Part shown: positions 19,287-28,251 of the stretch, piece by piece
Position numbering within the stretch: the first letter of the stretch is position 1
Layout: each line of letters begins with the position of its first letter
Notes under the pieces: model-generated
The model's input: the letters and a program-made list of their open reading frames with translations, nothing else
Databases searched by the model: none
What the model was told of the DNA's origin: nothing
Program-made: the position numbers and the translations under genes
IMG/VR virus record: IMGVR_UViG_3300017754_002889
Location: 1-35,559 of that record
Direction: 5' to 3' (one strand)
Length of the DNA: 35,559 nt
Source of the DNA: a virus
Lineage: Duplodnaviria; Caudoviricetes

Positions 19287-19523
19287 ATGGCGAATTTAAA
19301 TGTAACGGTTCAAGATGCCAATAACATTAATGTTCAAGTTACCCCAACCCCAAAACAAACCATTCAAATTAACCGGGGGGTAGCCGGTAAGGATGGTGGC
19401 GATAAGATAGGTGGTTATCCCGTAGTGATTACCGCCGTACAACCACAAGATGTAATCATGTTTGGAACAAACGAATGGGTAAATACCCCGCAAACCGAAA
19501 TCGCCGATGGCGGCAACTTTTAA
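19287..19523 (+). CDS. Small fibre-associated protein
   Basis: GVAGKDG collagen-like patch; ends ADGGNF, similar to the IDGGTF end of the next gene. Confidence 0.6.
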   Translation: MANLNVTVQDANNINVQVTPTPKQTIQINRGVAGKDGGDKIGGYPVVITAVQPQDVIMFGTNEWVNTPQTEIADGGNF

Positions 19524-19537
19524 AAAGGAAATAAAAA

Positions 19538-20740
19538 ATGTCAAATACCATACGCATTAAACGCCGCGCCGCTTCCGGTGGTGCAGGTGCGCCAAGTACG
19601 CTTGCAAATGCGGAATTGGCTTTTAACGAAGCAACGAACATACTGTATTACGGTACAGGTACAGGCGGTTCCGGTGGAAGTGCAACTTCCATTATTGCAA
19701 TTGCCGGTAACGGTGCGTATGTTGATCTTTCAACAAACCAAACAATTGCAGGTACAAAAACATTTTCAAGCACCATTTCCGGTTCAATTGATGGCAATGC
19801 CGCAACTGCAACCAAATGGGCAACGGCGCGCGATTTATCGCTTACCGGTGATGGTACGGCAACCCTTGCAAGCGTTGATGGTAGCGCGGCAGTAAGCGGG
19901 GCATTTACCCTTGCAACCGTTAACAGTAATGTTGGAACATTCCTAAAAACTACCGTAAACGCAAAAGGTTTAGTAACTGCCGCAACAACTGCAAACATTA
20001 ACGATTTAACGGTTCCAACTGCGGATTATGCATTTGGTGGTTTCAAAATTACCGGGCTTGCCGATCCAACAAACGATCAAGATGCCGCAACCAAATATTA
20101 TGTTGATACCGTTGCACAAGGTTTGGATGTTAAGGCATCCGTTAAAGCCGCAACTACCGCCAACATTACTTTATCCGGCGCACAAACAATTGATGGCATT
20201 GCAATTGTTGCCGGTGATCGCGTATTGGTTAAAAATCAAACATCAACCCCAACAAACGGTATTTATGTTGCCGCAAGTGGCGCATGGGCGCGTTCCGCAG
20301 ATGCAAGCACTTGGGATGAATTAGTTTCCGCTTATACCTTTGTTGAAGAAGGCGCAACATACGCGGATACCGGTTGGGTTTGTACGATTAATGCCGGTGG
20401 TACGCTTGGAACAACCCCTATCACTTGGTCACAATTTAGCGGTGCAGGTACATACCTTGCAGGTACAGGGCTTACGCTTACAGGTAACACATTCAGTATT
20501 ACCAACACCGCCGTTACTGCCGGTTCATACGGTTCCGCAAGTGAAACCCTTACCGCAACGGTTAATGCCCAAGGTCAACTTACTGCCCTTGCAGATACGC
20601 CAATTGCAATTACGCTTTCACAAGTTACCGATGCCGGTACAATTGCAAGCCAAAATGCAAGCAATGTGGCAATTACCGGTGGTTCAATTACCAACCTAAC
20701 AACCTTTGATGGCATTACAATTGATGGTGGTACATTCTAA
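19538..20740 (+). CDS. Tail fibre / virion fibre protein
   Basis: IRIKRR...LANAELAFNE N-terminal anchor, DAATKYYVD, GDRVLVKNQT...NGIY, VTAGSYG repeats. Confidence 0.8.
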   Translation: MSNTIRIKRRAASGGAGAPSTLANAELAFNEATNILYYGTGTGGSGGSATSIIAIAGNGAYVDLSTNQTIAGTKTFSSTISGSIDGNAATATKWATARDLSLTGDGTATLASVDGSAAVSGAFTLATVNSNVGTFLKTTVNAKGLVTAATTANINDLTVPTADYAFGGFKITGLADPTNDQDAATKYYVDTVAQGLDVKASVKAATTANITLSGAQTIDGIAIVAGDRVLVKNQTSTPTNGIYVAASGAWARSADASTWDELVSAYTFVEEGATYADTGWVCTINAGGTLGTTPITWSQFSGAGTYLAGTGLTLTGNTFSITNTAVTAGSYGSASETLTATVNAQGQLTALADTPIAITLSQVTDAGTIASQNASNVAITGGSITNLTTFDGITIDGGTF

Positions 20741-20754
20741 TTAATGTGGGATAT

Positions 20755-20775
20755 GCCCCTTTTTAGGGGCTTTTT
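20755..20775 (+). terminator. Intrinsic terminator
   Basis: GCCCCT-TTTT-AGGGGC followed by TTTTT. Confidence 0.65.
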
Positions 20776-20790
20776 AAAAAGGTCATTTTT

Positions 20791-22617
20791 ATGGCAAACA
20801 TAATTAAACCAAAGCGTTCAAGTGTCGCGGGTAAAGTTCCAACCACTTCCGATATTGTTAGCGGCGAAATTGCCATTAACAATGCGGATGCAAAGATATA
20901 TCAAAACAACGGAACATCCGTTGTGCAAGTTGGCGCGGGCAAACTTACCGCGCTTTCCGATGTTGTTGTAACGACACCATCAACCGGGCAAAGCCTTTCA
21001 TACAACGGCACAAATTGGGTAAACAGTTCCGCAGGTGCGGGCGATGTTACCGGCGCGGCTTCTTCAACGGATAACGCCGTAACCCGTTTTGATGGCACTA
21101 CCGGCAAAGCAATACAAAATTCAACGGTAACACTTGATGACACCGGCAATTTTGCCAATGTAAATGCCGTTGGTTTTGATACAACGCCCGGAACCTTGCC
21201 AACTGCGGCGGGATCAATGTTTTGGGATTCGGGGGATGGAACACCAAGCGTAATCCTTAACGCGGATACAAGCCTTCAATTGGGGCAAGAAAACATTGCA
21301 TTGGTTTACAACGGTACAGGTTCAACCATTGCAAAAGGTTCCGTTGTTGCGGTTAATGGCGCACAAGGTCAACGCCCAAGCGTTGCATTAGCGGATGCCG
21401 ATTCCGAAGCATTAAGCGCGCCCACCCTTGGTATTACAACCGAAGCGATTGCAAATGGCGCGGAAGGTTTTGTAACCACATTTGGTTTTGTACGCGGGAT
21501 TAATACAAGCGGTTTTACTGCGGGCGCACCAATTTACCTTTCACAAACTGCGGGCGCATTTACTGCAACGCGCCCAAGCGCACCGGCGCATACCGTTGCA
21601 TTGGGTTGGGTAATCAAAGTAAACGCATCATCCGGCGAGGTGTTTGTAAACATCAACAATGGTTGGGAATTGGATGAATTACACAATGTATTAATTACTT
21701 CCCCAACAAGCGGTAACACGCTTATTTATGATGCCGCCGTTGGGGTTTGGAAAAATGCAAATCTTACCGATGGTACGGGAATTTCAATTACCGAAGGTGC
21801 GGGATCAATTACCGTTGGGCTTGCGGATACTGCGGTTACGGCGGGGTCATATACAAATACAAACATTACCGTTGATGCACAAGGGCGCATAACTGCGGCG
21901 GCAAATGGAAGCGCGGGCGGCGTTACTTCCGTAACAGGAACATCCCCAATTAGTTCAACGGGTGGTTCAACCCCCGCAATTAGTTTGGATTCTTCCGGTG
22001 TTACACCGGGAACATATACATATTCATCCGTAACCGTTGATACATACGGAAGGGTAACTTCGGCATCAAGTGGGGCATCGCCTTCGGCATTTCCAAGCGG
22101 TACAAAAATGTTATTTGTGCAAACTGCCGCACCTACCGGATGGACAAAGGACACAACCAACAACGATAAAGCATTGCGCGTTGTAAGCGGTACGGCAAGC
22201 ACCGGCGGCACAACCGCTTTTTCAAGCGTATTTACTTCAAGAACCCCAAGTGGTTCGGTTGCGGTAACGGTTGGTGCGGGAACATTGGGCGTGAATGTAA
22301 GCGGACTTTCGGCGGGCAATACAACGCTTTCCGAAAGCCAAATACCTGCCCACTATCACGATATGGCGTATGGTTCCGAAAACTTGGGATTGGGTTGGGG
22401 ATACGGTTCAAGTTCATCATCATGGCGGCAAAGTTTTAACCCAAATACTTTCCCGCGCCCAAGGGTTTCACCAACCGGCGGCGGCGGCGCACATTCACAT
22501 TCAATAAGTGGAAGCGCAACCATAACAGGTTCACCAAGTGGAAGCGGAACATTTACCGGTACGGCAATGGATTTTGCCGTTCAATATGTGGATGTGATTA
22601 TTGCCACAAAGGATTAA
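20791..22617 (+). CDS. Tail fibre with C-terminal collar/needle domain (probable receptor-binding protein)
   Basis: IKPKRS...GEIAIN anchor, VTAGSYT...VDAQGRIT and VTPGTYT...VDTYGRVT repeats, FPSGTKMLF..APTGW collar, paired HYH/HSH motifs. Confidence 0.85.
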   Translation: MANIIKPKRSSVAGKVPTTSDIVSGEIAINNADAKIYQNNGTSVVQVGAGKLTALSDVVVTTPSTGQSLSYNGTNWVNSSAGAGDVTGAASSTDNAVTRFDGTTGKAIQNSTVTLDDTGNFANVNAVGFDTTPGTLPTAAGSMFWDSGDGTPSVILNADTSLQLGQENIALVYNGTGSTIAKGSVVAVNGAQGQRPSVALADADSEALSAPTLGITTEAIANGAEGFVTTFGFVRGINTSGFTAGAPIYLSQTAGAFTATRPSAPAHTVALGWVIKVNASSGEVFVNINNGWELDELHNVLITSPTSGNTLIYDAAVGVWKNANLTDGTGISITEGAGSITVGLADTAVTAGSYTNTNITVDAQGRITAAANGSAGGVTSVTGTSPISSTGGSTPAISLDSSGVTPGTYTYSSVTVDTYGRVTSASSGASPSAFPSGTKMLFVQTAAPTGWTKDTTNNDKALRVVSGTASTGGTTAFSSVFTSRTPSGSVAVTVGAGTLGVNVSGLSAGNTTLSESQIPAHYHDMAYGSENLGLGWGYGSSSSSWRQSFNPNTFPRPRVSPTGGGGAHSHSISGSATITGSPSGSGTFTGTAMDFAVQYVDVIIATKD

Positions 22618-23192
22618 TGAAAATGAGAAAATATCTTTTACAAAGTTATTTTCTTGTTGATGAATTTGAAGAACATAATAATATTAAGCAATTGTTGCTT
22701 GATGCAATTAAAAATTCAAAACAAGAATCATTAACCTTTGAGAATAGTTCGGATCAAATTAACAAATTAGATTGGTCTGAAAAATATAATTTTGATCGTG
22801 AATGGGTACAAATTTTGTATCCAAAACTTTTTTGCAAATTAACATCAATGGCAAAAGCAATTGGGTTTGAAAATGCAAAAATAAATGAATTATGGTTTCA
22901 ACAATATATTGAAAACGATATTCATTCATGGCATGGTCATGGAAGCAATTTTACTTGCGTTTATTATCTTGAAATGGATGATGATGCGCCCAAAACGGAA
23001 TTAATTGAACCTTTTTCTATGGATGGCAAATTTACGCCGGAAGTTAAAGAAGGTTCAATTATTGTTTTTCCAAGTTATGTTGTTCATCGCGCGCCGATTG
23101 TTAAACATGACACAAGAAAAACAATTATTGCTTTTAATATTGATTTTGAAGGCATAACGGAAGAAGCAAAAATTTTGTACGATTCACTTTAA
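22617..23192 (+). CDS. 2OG-Fe(II) oxygenase-like protein (HxH type)
   Basis: WFQQY...HSWHGH, CVYYL, EGSIIVFPSYVVH, RKTIIAFN. Confidence 0.85.
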   Translation: MKMRKYLLQSYFLVDEFEEHNNIKQLLLDAIKNSKQESLTFENSSDQINKLDWSEKYNFDREWVQILYPKLFCKLTSMAKAIGFENAKINELWFQQYIENDIHSWHGHGSNFTCVYYLEMDDDAPKTELIEPFSMDGKFTPEVKEGSIIVFPSYVVHRAPIVKHDTRKTIIAFNIDFEGITEEAKILYDSL

Positions 23193-23206
23193 AAGGATAA
23201 GACACG

Positions 23207-23500
23207 ATGAAAATTGAACCAAAAAACAATTGCCCACTTAATAATTTTGAACCTTGCAAACAAATGGATTGCGCTTGGTTTGTAAAAATTGGTGGCAACC
23301 ATCCACAAACCGATGAATATGTTGAAGAATGGGCTTGCGCCCATGCTTGGTTGCCAATTCTTATTATTGAAAACAATTTAAAACAAATTCAAACGGGCGC
23401 GGCAATTGAATCTTTCCGCAATGAAATGGTGCGATCAAATGACAGAAGCGCACAAATGTTAATGGAAGCCGCAACAATCAAAAACAAATTGGGGATGTAA
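23207..23500 (+). CDS. Cys-rich hypothetical protein next to fibre gene
   Basis: CPL...C...CAW...WAC pattern (possible metal binding), C-terminal helix; RBS AAGGA. Confidence 0.7.
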   Translation: MKIEPKNNCPLNNFEPCKQMDCAWFVKIGGNHPQTDEYVEEWACAHAWLPILIIENNLKQIQTGAAIESFRNEMVRSNDRSAQMLMEAATIKNKLGM

Positions 23501-23503
23501 ATT

Positions 23504-23959
23504 ATGAAAATGACAATTATTCCAAGCGATAAAACCGTTTATGTTGATGGTATTTCGTATGCGCCTTTAGATTGGCAAGGAACGCCAATTGGTATTCATG
23601 CATTGCAATGGTTTGATGTAGCCGGATGGATTGAATACGCGGATAACAGTATTCCAAATGAACAAATTACAGAATTGCCGCAATGGGCTTTGAACGCATA
23701 CGATGCATGGGTTGTGGCAAACACCCCGGTTCCACACATTGCAACCGCACAAGAAAATCAAGCAATTGCATCAAGCCTTTTATATGATACGGATTGGACA
23801 ACAATACCGGATGTTGCCGATCCAACAAAATCAAATCCATATTTAACAAATGCAAATGATTTTGTTGTTTATAGAAATCAAGTAAGACAAATTGCAATTA
23901 ACCCACCCGAAGGCAATATTGATTTTCCAACGCGCCCAACGCCTGTTTGGAGTAATTAA
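23504..23959 (+). CDS. Tail fibre assembly chaperone-like protein
   Basis: LLYDTDWTTIPD...YRNQVRQI...FPTRP resembles the SDWTQLPD...YRQALRD chaperone pattern. Confidence 0.7.
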   Translation: MKMTIIPSDKTVYVDGISYAPLDWQGTPIGIHALQWFDVAGWIEYADNSIPNEQITELPQWALNAYDAWVVANTPVPHIATAQENQAIASSLLYDTDWTTIPDVADPTKSNPYLTNANDFVVYRNQVRQIAINPPEGNIDFPTRPTPVWSN

Positions 23960-23961
23960 TT

Positions 23962-24513
23962 ATGGGCGTTTTTCATCCTTGTTGGGTTAGAGAAAAAGCC
24001 ATTCCGGAAGAATTTTGCGATTTGATTGTTAAGCAATCGGAAACTTTTGAATGGGAAGAAGGGCAAGTTGGCGGTTATATGCCCGATCCAAATTATAAAA
24101 ACCGAAATGCCAACATTGCTTGGTTAGATCACAATCATTGGTTGGAAGGAATCCTTATTAACAATGGTTTATACGCAAATCGCGAATGTGCATGGGATTT
24201 TCAACTTGATGCAAGCGAAAAAGTGCAATTTACACAATACGGTATTGGTGGGTATCACGATTGGCACATGGATGCGGCACTTGAAGAAGGTAGCGATTTT
24301 GTAAGAAAAATATCGGTTGTTGCGTTGCTTTCCGATCCTAAAGATTTTGAAGGCGGCGAATTTATGTTGCAACACAAAATGGATAAAGTTATTCCATTAA
24401 AAAAAGGTTCAATTATTTGTTTCCCATCTTTTATGTGGCATAGCGTTACACCACTTACAAGCGGTAAAAGATATACGGCGGTATCGTGGATAAACGGGAA
24501 AATGTTTAAATGA
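23962..24513 (+). CDS. 2OG-Fe(II) oxygenase (PKHD/prolyl-hydroxylase-like)
   Basis: QFTQY...YHDWHMD, RKISVV, FEGGEF, FPSFMWHSVTP, GKRY. Confidence 0.92.
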   Translation: MGVFHPCWVREKAIPEEFCDLIVKQSETFEWEEGQVGGYMPDPNYKNRNANIAWLDHNHWLEGILINNGLYANRECAWDFQLDASEKVQFTQYGIGGYHDWHMDAALEEGSDFVRKISVVALLSDPKDFEGGEFMLQHKMDKVIPLKKGSIICFPSFMWHSVTPLTSGKRYTAVSWINGKMFK

Positions 24514-25106
24514 AAATCATACAAAGTTTTATAAAACCACAATACGAAGATTTAATTGAAAAAACTTTGTGTGGGTATGATTTTGATTGGCACTTTAATA
24601 ATTCATCGGTTGATTATGAAAATTTAACGCCAAACACTTTTTTTGATTCAAAAACTGCGGATACTTATCAATTTACACATTTGTTTGTTGCTGAAAATAA
24701 AATTATTTCAAAGTATTGGCAAATGATTGCGCCGTTAATATTTCACATAACTGCAAGTGAAGGTATTGATACAAATCATGTTGAAAGATGCAAAGCAAAT
24801 TTAACAACAAAACAATCCAATGTTTTGCAAGATTTTTACTTTCCCGCACATTTTGATACCGATGCTAATAACAAACAAAAAGTTATTACGGCAATTTATT
24901 ATGTAAACGATTCGGATGGCGATACCATTTTGTTTGAAACACCCGCATTAACAAATGTGGATGAATTAAAGATTGTTAATCGAGTTAAGCCCAAAAAAGG
25001 GACATTAATTTATTTTGACTCAAACACCCTTCATGCGGGACAATTACCACAAGAACATACTAATCGTTGTATTATCAATTTTAATTTTTTACAAAATTCG
25101 GGGTAA
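24510..25106 (+). CDS. 2OG-Fe(II) oxygenase
   Basis: PAHFD (HxD), AIYYVNDSDGDT, FDSNTLHAG, RCIINFN. Confidence 0.88.
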   Translation: MKIIQSFIKPQYEDLIEKTLCGYDFDWHFNNSSVDYENLTPNTFFDSKTADTYQFTHLFVAENKIISKYWQMIAPLIFHITASEGIDTNHVERCKANLTTKQSNVLQDFYFPAHFDTDANNKQKVITAIYYVNDSDGDTILFETPALTNVDELKIVNRVKPKKGTLIYFDSNTLHAGQLPQEHTNRCIINFNFLQNSG

Positions 25107-25108
25107 AA

Positions 25109-25411
25109 ATGTCGGGTGAAGTTTATTTGGCGCAATCAGATAACGCGCACATTGATAAAAGGTTTGATGAAATCATGGATGCATTACACCAAATCAACGG
25201 GGCTTTTGCCGCAAATCCGGATGGATCAACCGATTTTGTTGGGCATCGTAACTATCACGAAGCAATGATTAAAGCGGCAACCGCCCAAGAACAATTTTGG
25301 CAAGAATTGAAATTGGAAATTGCAAAAAAGGGCATTTGGTCATTGTTAGTAATCATTTGTGGATTGGTTGTTGTTGGTGTTTCCGCAAAGTTTGGTATTG
25401 GTGCAAAGTAA
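25109..25411 (+). CDS. Membrane protein with C-terminal TM helix
   Basis: KKGIWSLLVIICGLVVVGVSAK hydrophobic segment; upstream of lysis genes. Confidence 0.7.
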   Translation: MSGEVYLAQSDNAHIDKRFDEIMDALHQINGAFAANPDGSTDFVGHRNYHEAMIKAATAQEQFWQELKLEIAKKGIWSLLVIICGLVVVGVSAKFGIGAK

Positions 25412-25423
25412 AAAGGGGCGCGT

Positions 25424-25693
25424 ATGAATATGCAAGATATTTTAAAAGCGGTAATACCAATTATTGTTGCTTGCATTGCTTGGTTGCTTGGGCAAGTTTC
25501 AGATTTTTCCACCCGGTTAACACGCATTGAAGGTTCCATGCCCGCCTTGATTACCAAAGAAGGCGTACCAACCGATTCGCCAATTAGCGCGGAACGCCGG
25601 GCAATTTTAAAAGAACAAATTTACAAAGATATTAACGATTTGCAAGTTAAAGTAAAACTTCTTGAAGAACGCGAAAAGTTTGGCAAAAAATAA
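25424..25693 (+). CDS. Membrane-anchored small protein
   Basis: N-terminal hydrophobic helix AVIPIIVACIAWLLG, then a coiled-coil-like tail. Confidence 0.7.
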   Translation: MNMQDILKAVIPIIVACIAWLLGQVSDFSTRLTRIEGSMPALITKEGVPTDSPISAERRAILKEQIYKDINDLQVKVKLLEEREKFGKK

Positions 25694-25709
25694 AAGCAAG
25701 AAGTTTTAA

Positions 25710-26237
25710 ATGCTTGATCCAATTACCGCTTTTGCAACCGCCCAAGCCGCCGTTGCCGGGGTTAAAGCCGCAATTAACTTATACAAAGATGCAAAAGGTA
25801 TTGGCAAAGATGTTGGTTCAATTACAAATGAAATTACAAGTGGGCTTGGTAAGTTTTTTGAAGCGCAAGATGTAGTAATTAAATCGGGGCAACAAATTGA
25901 AAACAAAATAATAAAAACAAAATCGGTTGATGCACAAGCATTTGAAAATGTAATGCGTATTCGTCAACTTCAAGAATACGAACAGGAATTAAAAGAATTG
26001 TTAATTTACCATACGCCAATGGCGGGATTGTGGCAAGAATTCCAAATGGAACGAAACAAGATAAGAGAAAAAAAAGCGGAAGAAGAAAAGTTGGAACGAA
26101 TAAAAATTGCAAAAATTGCCAAAGCAAAAAAACAATTTTGGGATGATGTGCAATTTTACGGAATGATTGGCGGCGTTATTGTGTTTTCCGCAACCATGAT
26201 TATTTCGTTCTTTTTATGGTTGATTGATCACAAATGA
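25710..26237 (+). CDS. Coiled-coil protein with C-terminal TM helix
   Basis: MLDPITAFATA amphipathic start, charged coil, terminal MIGGVIVFSATMIISFFLWLI. Confidence 0.7.
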   Translation: MLDPITAFATAQAAVAGVKAAINLYKDAKGIGKDVGSITNEITSGLGKFFEAQDVVIKSGQQIENKIIKTKSVDAQAFENVMRIRQLQEYEQELKELLIYHTPMAGLWQEFQMERNKIREKKAEEEKLERIKIAKIAKAKKQFWDDVQFYGMIGGVIVFSATMIISFFLWLIDHK

Positions 26238-26246
26238 GGTAAAGCA

Positions 26247-26666
26247 ATGTTTCCATTAACTGCGTTGTTTGATGTTGGCATGAAAGTATTGGATAAGTTT
26301 GTTCCCGATCCCGAAGCAAAAGCAAAAGCCCAACAAGAATTGTTAAAGATGCAACAAGAAGGGCGGCTTGCAGAATTAAACGCGGATAACATTGAAGCGC
26401 AAGAATTGACCAAACGCCAACAAGCGGATATGGCAAGCGATTCATGGTTATCCAAAAACATTCGCCCAATGACATTGGTTTTTATCTTAATCACTTACAC
26501 AACATTTGCGTTAATGTCGGCGTGGGATATTGAAGTAAATAACAATTATGTTGAATTGTTGGGGCAATGGGGTATGTTAATTATGTCTTTTTACTTCGGT
26601 GGGCGCACCCTTGAAAAGATTATGGATATGAGATCAAAGGAAAAACAAAATGAAGTTAACAAATAA
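26247..26666 (+). CDS. Holin (GTA-type 3-TM holin-like)
   Basis: SWLSKNIRP, two clear TM segments, FYFGGRTLEK; overlaps endolysin start. Confidence 0.82.
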   Translation: MFPLTALFDVGMKVLDKFVPDPEAKAKAQQELLKMQQEGRLAELNADNIEAQELTKRQQADMASDSWLSKNIRPMTLVFILITYTTFALMSAWDIEVNNNYVELLGQWGMLIMSFYFGGRTLEKIMDMRSKEKQNEVNK

Positions 26667-27123
26667 TTTCACCCTTGAAGAATTAACAAAAAGTGAAACG
26701 GCATTACGCCAAAACATTGATAACACGCCAACGGAAGATATTGTTAACAACCTTCGCACCCTTGCGGAAAAAGTGTTGCAACCGGTTCGGGAACATTACA
26801 ACAAAGGCGTAAAAGTTAATTCCGGGTTCCGTTCAATGGCGGTTAACGCGGCAGTTGGTGGCGTACAGGGTGCAAAACCATCCGATCACACACGCGGTTT
26901 GGCGGCAGATATTGAGATTCCCGGCGTACCCAATGCGGAATTAGCGCAATGGATTGAAGCCAACCTTGAATACACGCAAGTAATCTTGGAATTCTATACA
27001 CAAGGCATACCCGATTCGGGTTGGGTTCATGTGTCGTATGATCCTGCAAGCCTTAAAAAACAATCGTTAACGGCGGTAAAACAAGATGGGAAAACCGTTT
27101 ACTTGCCGGGGCTTCATGCTTAA
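26650..27123 (+). CDS. Endolysin, peptidase M15 family
   Basis: NFTLEEL, VNSGFR, SDH...AAD and WVHVS zinc-ligand motifs. Confidence 0.9.
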   Translation: MKLTNNFTLEELTKSETALRQNIDNTPTEDIVNNLRTLAEKVLQPVREHYNKGVKVNSGFRSMAVNAAVGGVQGAKPSDHTRGLAADIEIPGVPNAELAQWIEANLEYTQVILEFYTQGIPDSGWVHVSYDPASLKKQSLTAVKQDGKTVYLPGLHA

Positions 27124-27162
27124 AATATAAAAGCAGTTGCCAACCTTCACAAGTGGGCTTAC

Positions 27163-27194
27163 ACCACCCGGCTTAAAACACCGGGTGGTTTTTT
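27163..27194 (+). terminator. Late-operon intrinsic terminator
   Basis: ACCACCCGG-9 nt-CCGGGTGGT then T6, at the convergence of late and early arms. Confidence 0.85.
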
Positions 27195-27202
27195 ATTGCT
27201 TT

Positions 27203-27400
27203 TCAAAAAATTTGTATTTGATGAAAAATATTGGGAAGGCGATTAAAAAAATAACCAAAGAAAAAGCCAACCCCACCAACAAGAAAATGGCGAAGATAAT
27301 TTGCAATAGAAAAACTGCCAATCCAATCCCATACGCCAACGCGCTTATAAAAAATTGGGCGATTAATGCCATGTATTTTTTCCTTTTTAAAGTTAATCAT
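27203..27400 (-). CDS. Small membrane protein
   Basis: 65 aa with hydrophobic FLVGGVGFFFGYFF; ATGA overlap with upstream gene. Confidence 0.5.
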   Translation of the reverse strand: MINFKKEKIHGINRPIFYKRVGVWDWIGSFSIANYLRHFLVGGVGFFFGYFFNRLPNIFHQIQIF

Positions 27401-27609
27401 TTCATATACCCTTTTGTGGTTATTGTTACCTTTTCAACATTTACTTTATCGCGCCAATATGGATCGGATTGCGCCCATTCAAACGCGGCTTTTTTGCTTT
27501 TAAAAAGTATGGTGCGGTAAGGTGAATATTGCAAAACACCGGGCGGCAATTTGACATACGCCCCCCGGTTGCTTTTAATTTCCAAAGCCCAACATTCAAG
27601 CCTTGCCAT
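27397..27609 (-). CDS. Hypothetical protein
   Basis: MARLECWALEIK...LFKSKKAA; overlaps neighbours in an operon-like way. Confidence 0.65.
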   Translation of the reverse strand: MARLECWALEIKSNRGAYVKLPPGVLQYSPYRTILFKSKKAAFEWAQSDPYWRDKVNVEKVTITTKGYMK

Positions 27610-27814
27610 TGCCAAACCACCGTTCAAACAAACCGGGCTTGGTTCTTTGTAATGCTTGGTTAGTTACTTCCCGGATTACTTCACATTCCAACAATATTTG
27701 CGTGGCAAGGGCGTGGACTTCTTCGGTTTTTGTACCATCCGCGCTTATGCGTTGCAATTTACTGTTAAGGTTGTTAACGGCAACCAATGATGATGCCAAA
27801 TTGATTTGACCCAT
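27596..27814 (-). CDS. Hypothetical protein
   Basis: ATG at 27814 preceded by AGGGGG RBS just after the SSB stop. Confidence 0.6.
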   Translation of the reverse strand: MGQINLASSLVAVNNLNSKLQRISADGTKTEEVHALATQILLECEVIREVTNQALQRTKPGLFERWFGNGKA

Positions 27815-27830
27815 AATTAAAAGTACCCCC

Positions 27831-28250
27831 TTAAAACGGAATATCATCATCAAGCCCATCCATTGCCGAAGGTACGGGCGCAGGTGAACGGCGTTGGAAT
27901 TGATCATGCGGCGCGGCTTCGCGTGATTCTTGTTTGCGTTCACCAATCAATTGAATGTTGGCAATCCGGGCGCGTAAATCAAAACCGGGTGAACCATCTT
28001 TTTTCTTATATGTTTCAATGTGCAAATCTTCAAGTTGTGCAAATATTTGCGCCCCTTTTAAAAGATAAGGTTGCAATTTTTCGCAACGATCCCCCCACAA
28101 TGTTGATTTAACCCATTGTGTCGGAAAGTTGCCATCTTCCCCTTTGCGCCCGTAGTTATAAGCCAATGACAATTCCAACAACGGTTTTCCATCGGCGGTA
28201 AAACGAACAACCGGTTCGTTCCCAATTCGTGCAATTCCTAGTGTTAACAT
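27831..28250 (-). CDS. ssb: Single-stranded DNA-binding protein
   Basis: OB-fold pattern (RIGNEPVVRFT..G, TQWV...LWG, LLKG) and acidic DDDIPF tail. Confidence 0.95.
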   Translation of the reverse strand: MLTLGIARIGNEPVVRFTADGKPLLELSLAYNYGRKGEDGNFPTQWVKSTLWGDRCEKLQPYLLKGAQIFAQLEDLHIETYKKKDGSPGFDLRARIANIQLIGERKQESREAAPHDQFQRRSPAPVPSAMDGLDDDIPF

Positions 28251-28251
28251 A

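Noticed and set aside
19538-22617. Diversity-generating retroelement or invertible fibre cassette
   Set aside because: No reverse transcriptase, invertase or near-identical template/variable repeat pair was seen; the repeats are protein-level only.
27133-27142. GCAGTTGCCA after the endolysin as a target of the TGGCAA leader loop at 31221
   Set aside because: Only 6-7 nt of complementarity, and TTGCCA is very common in this genome.
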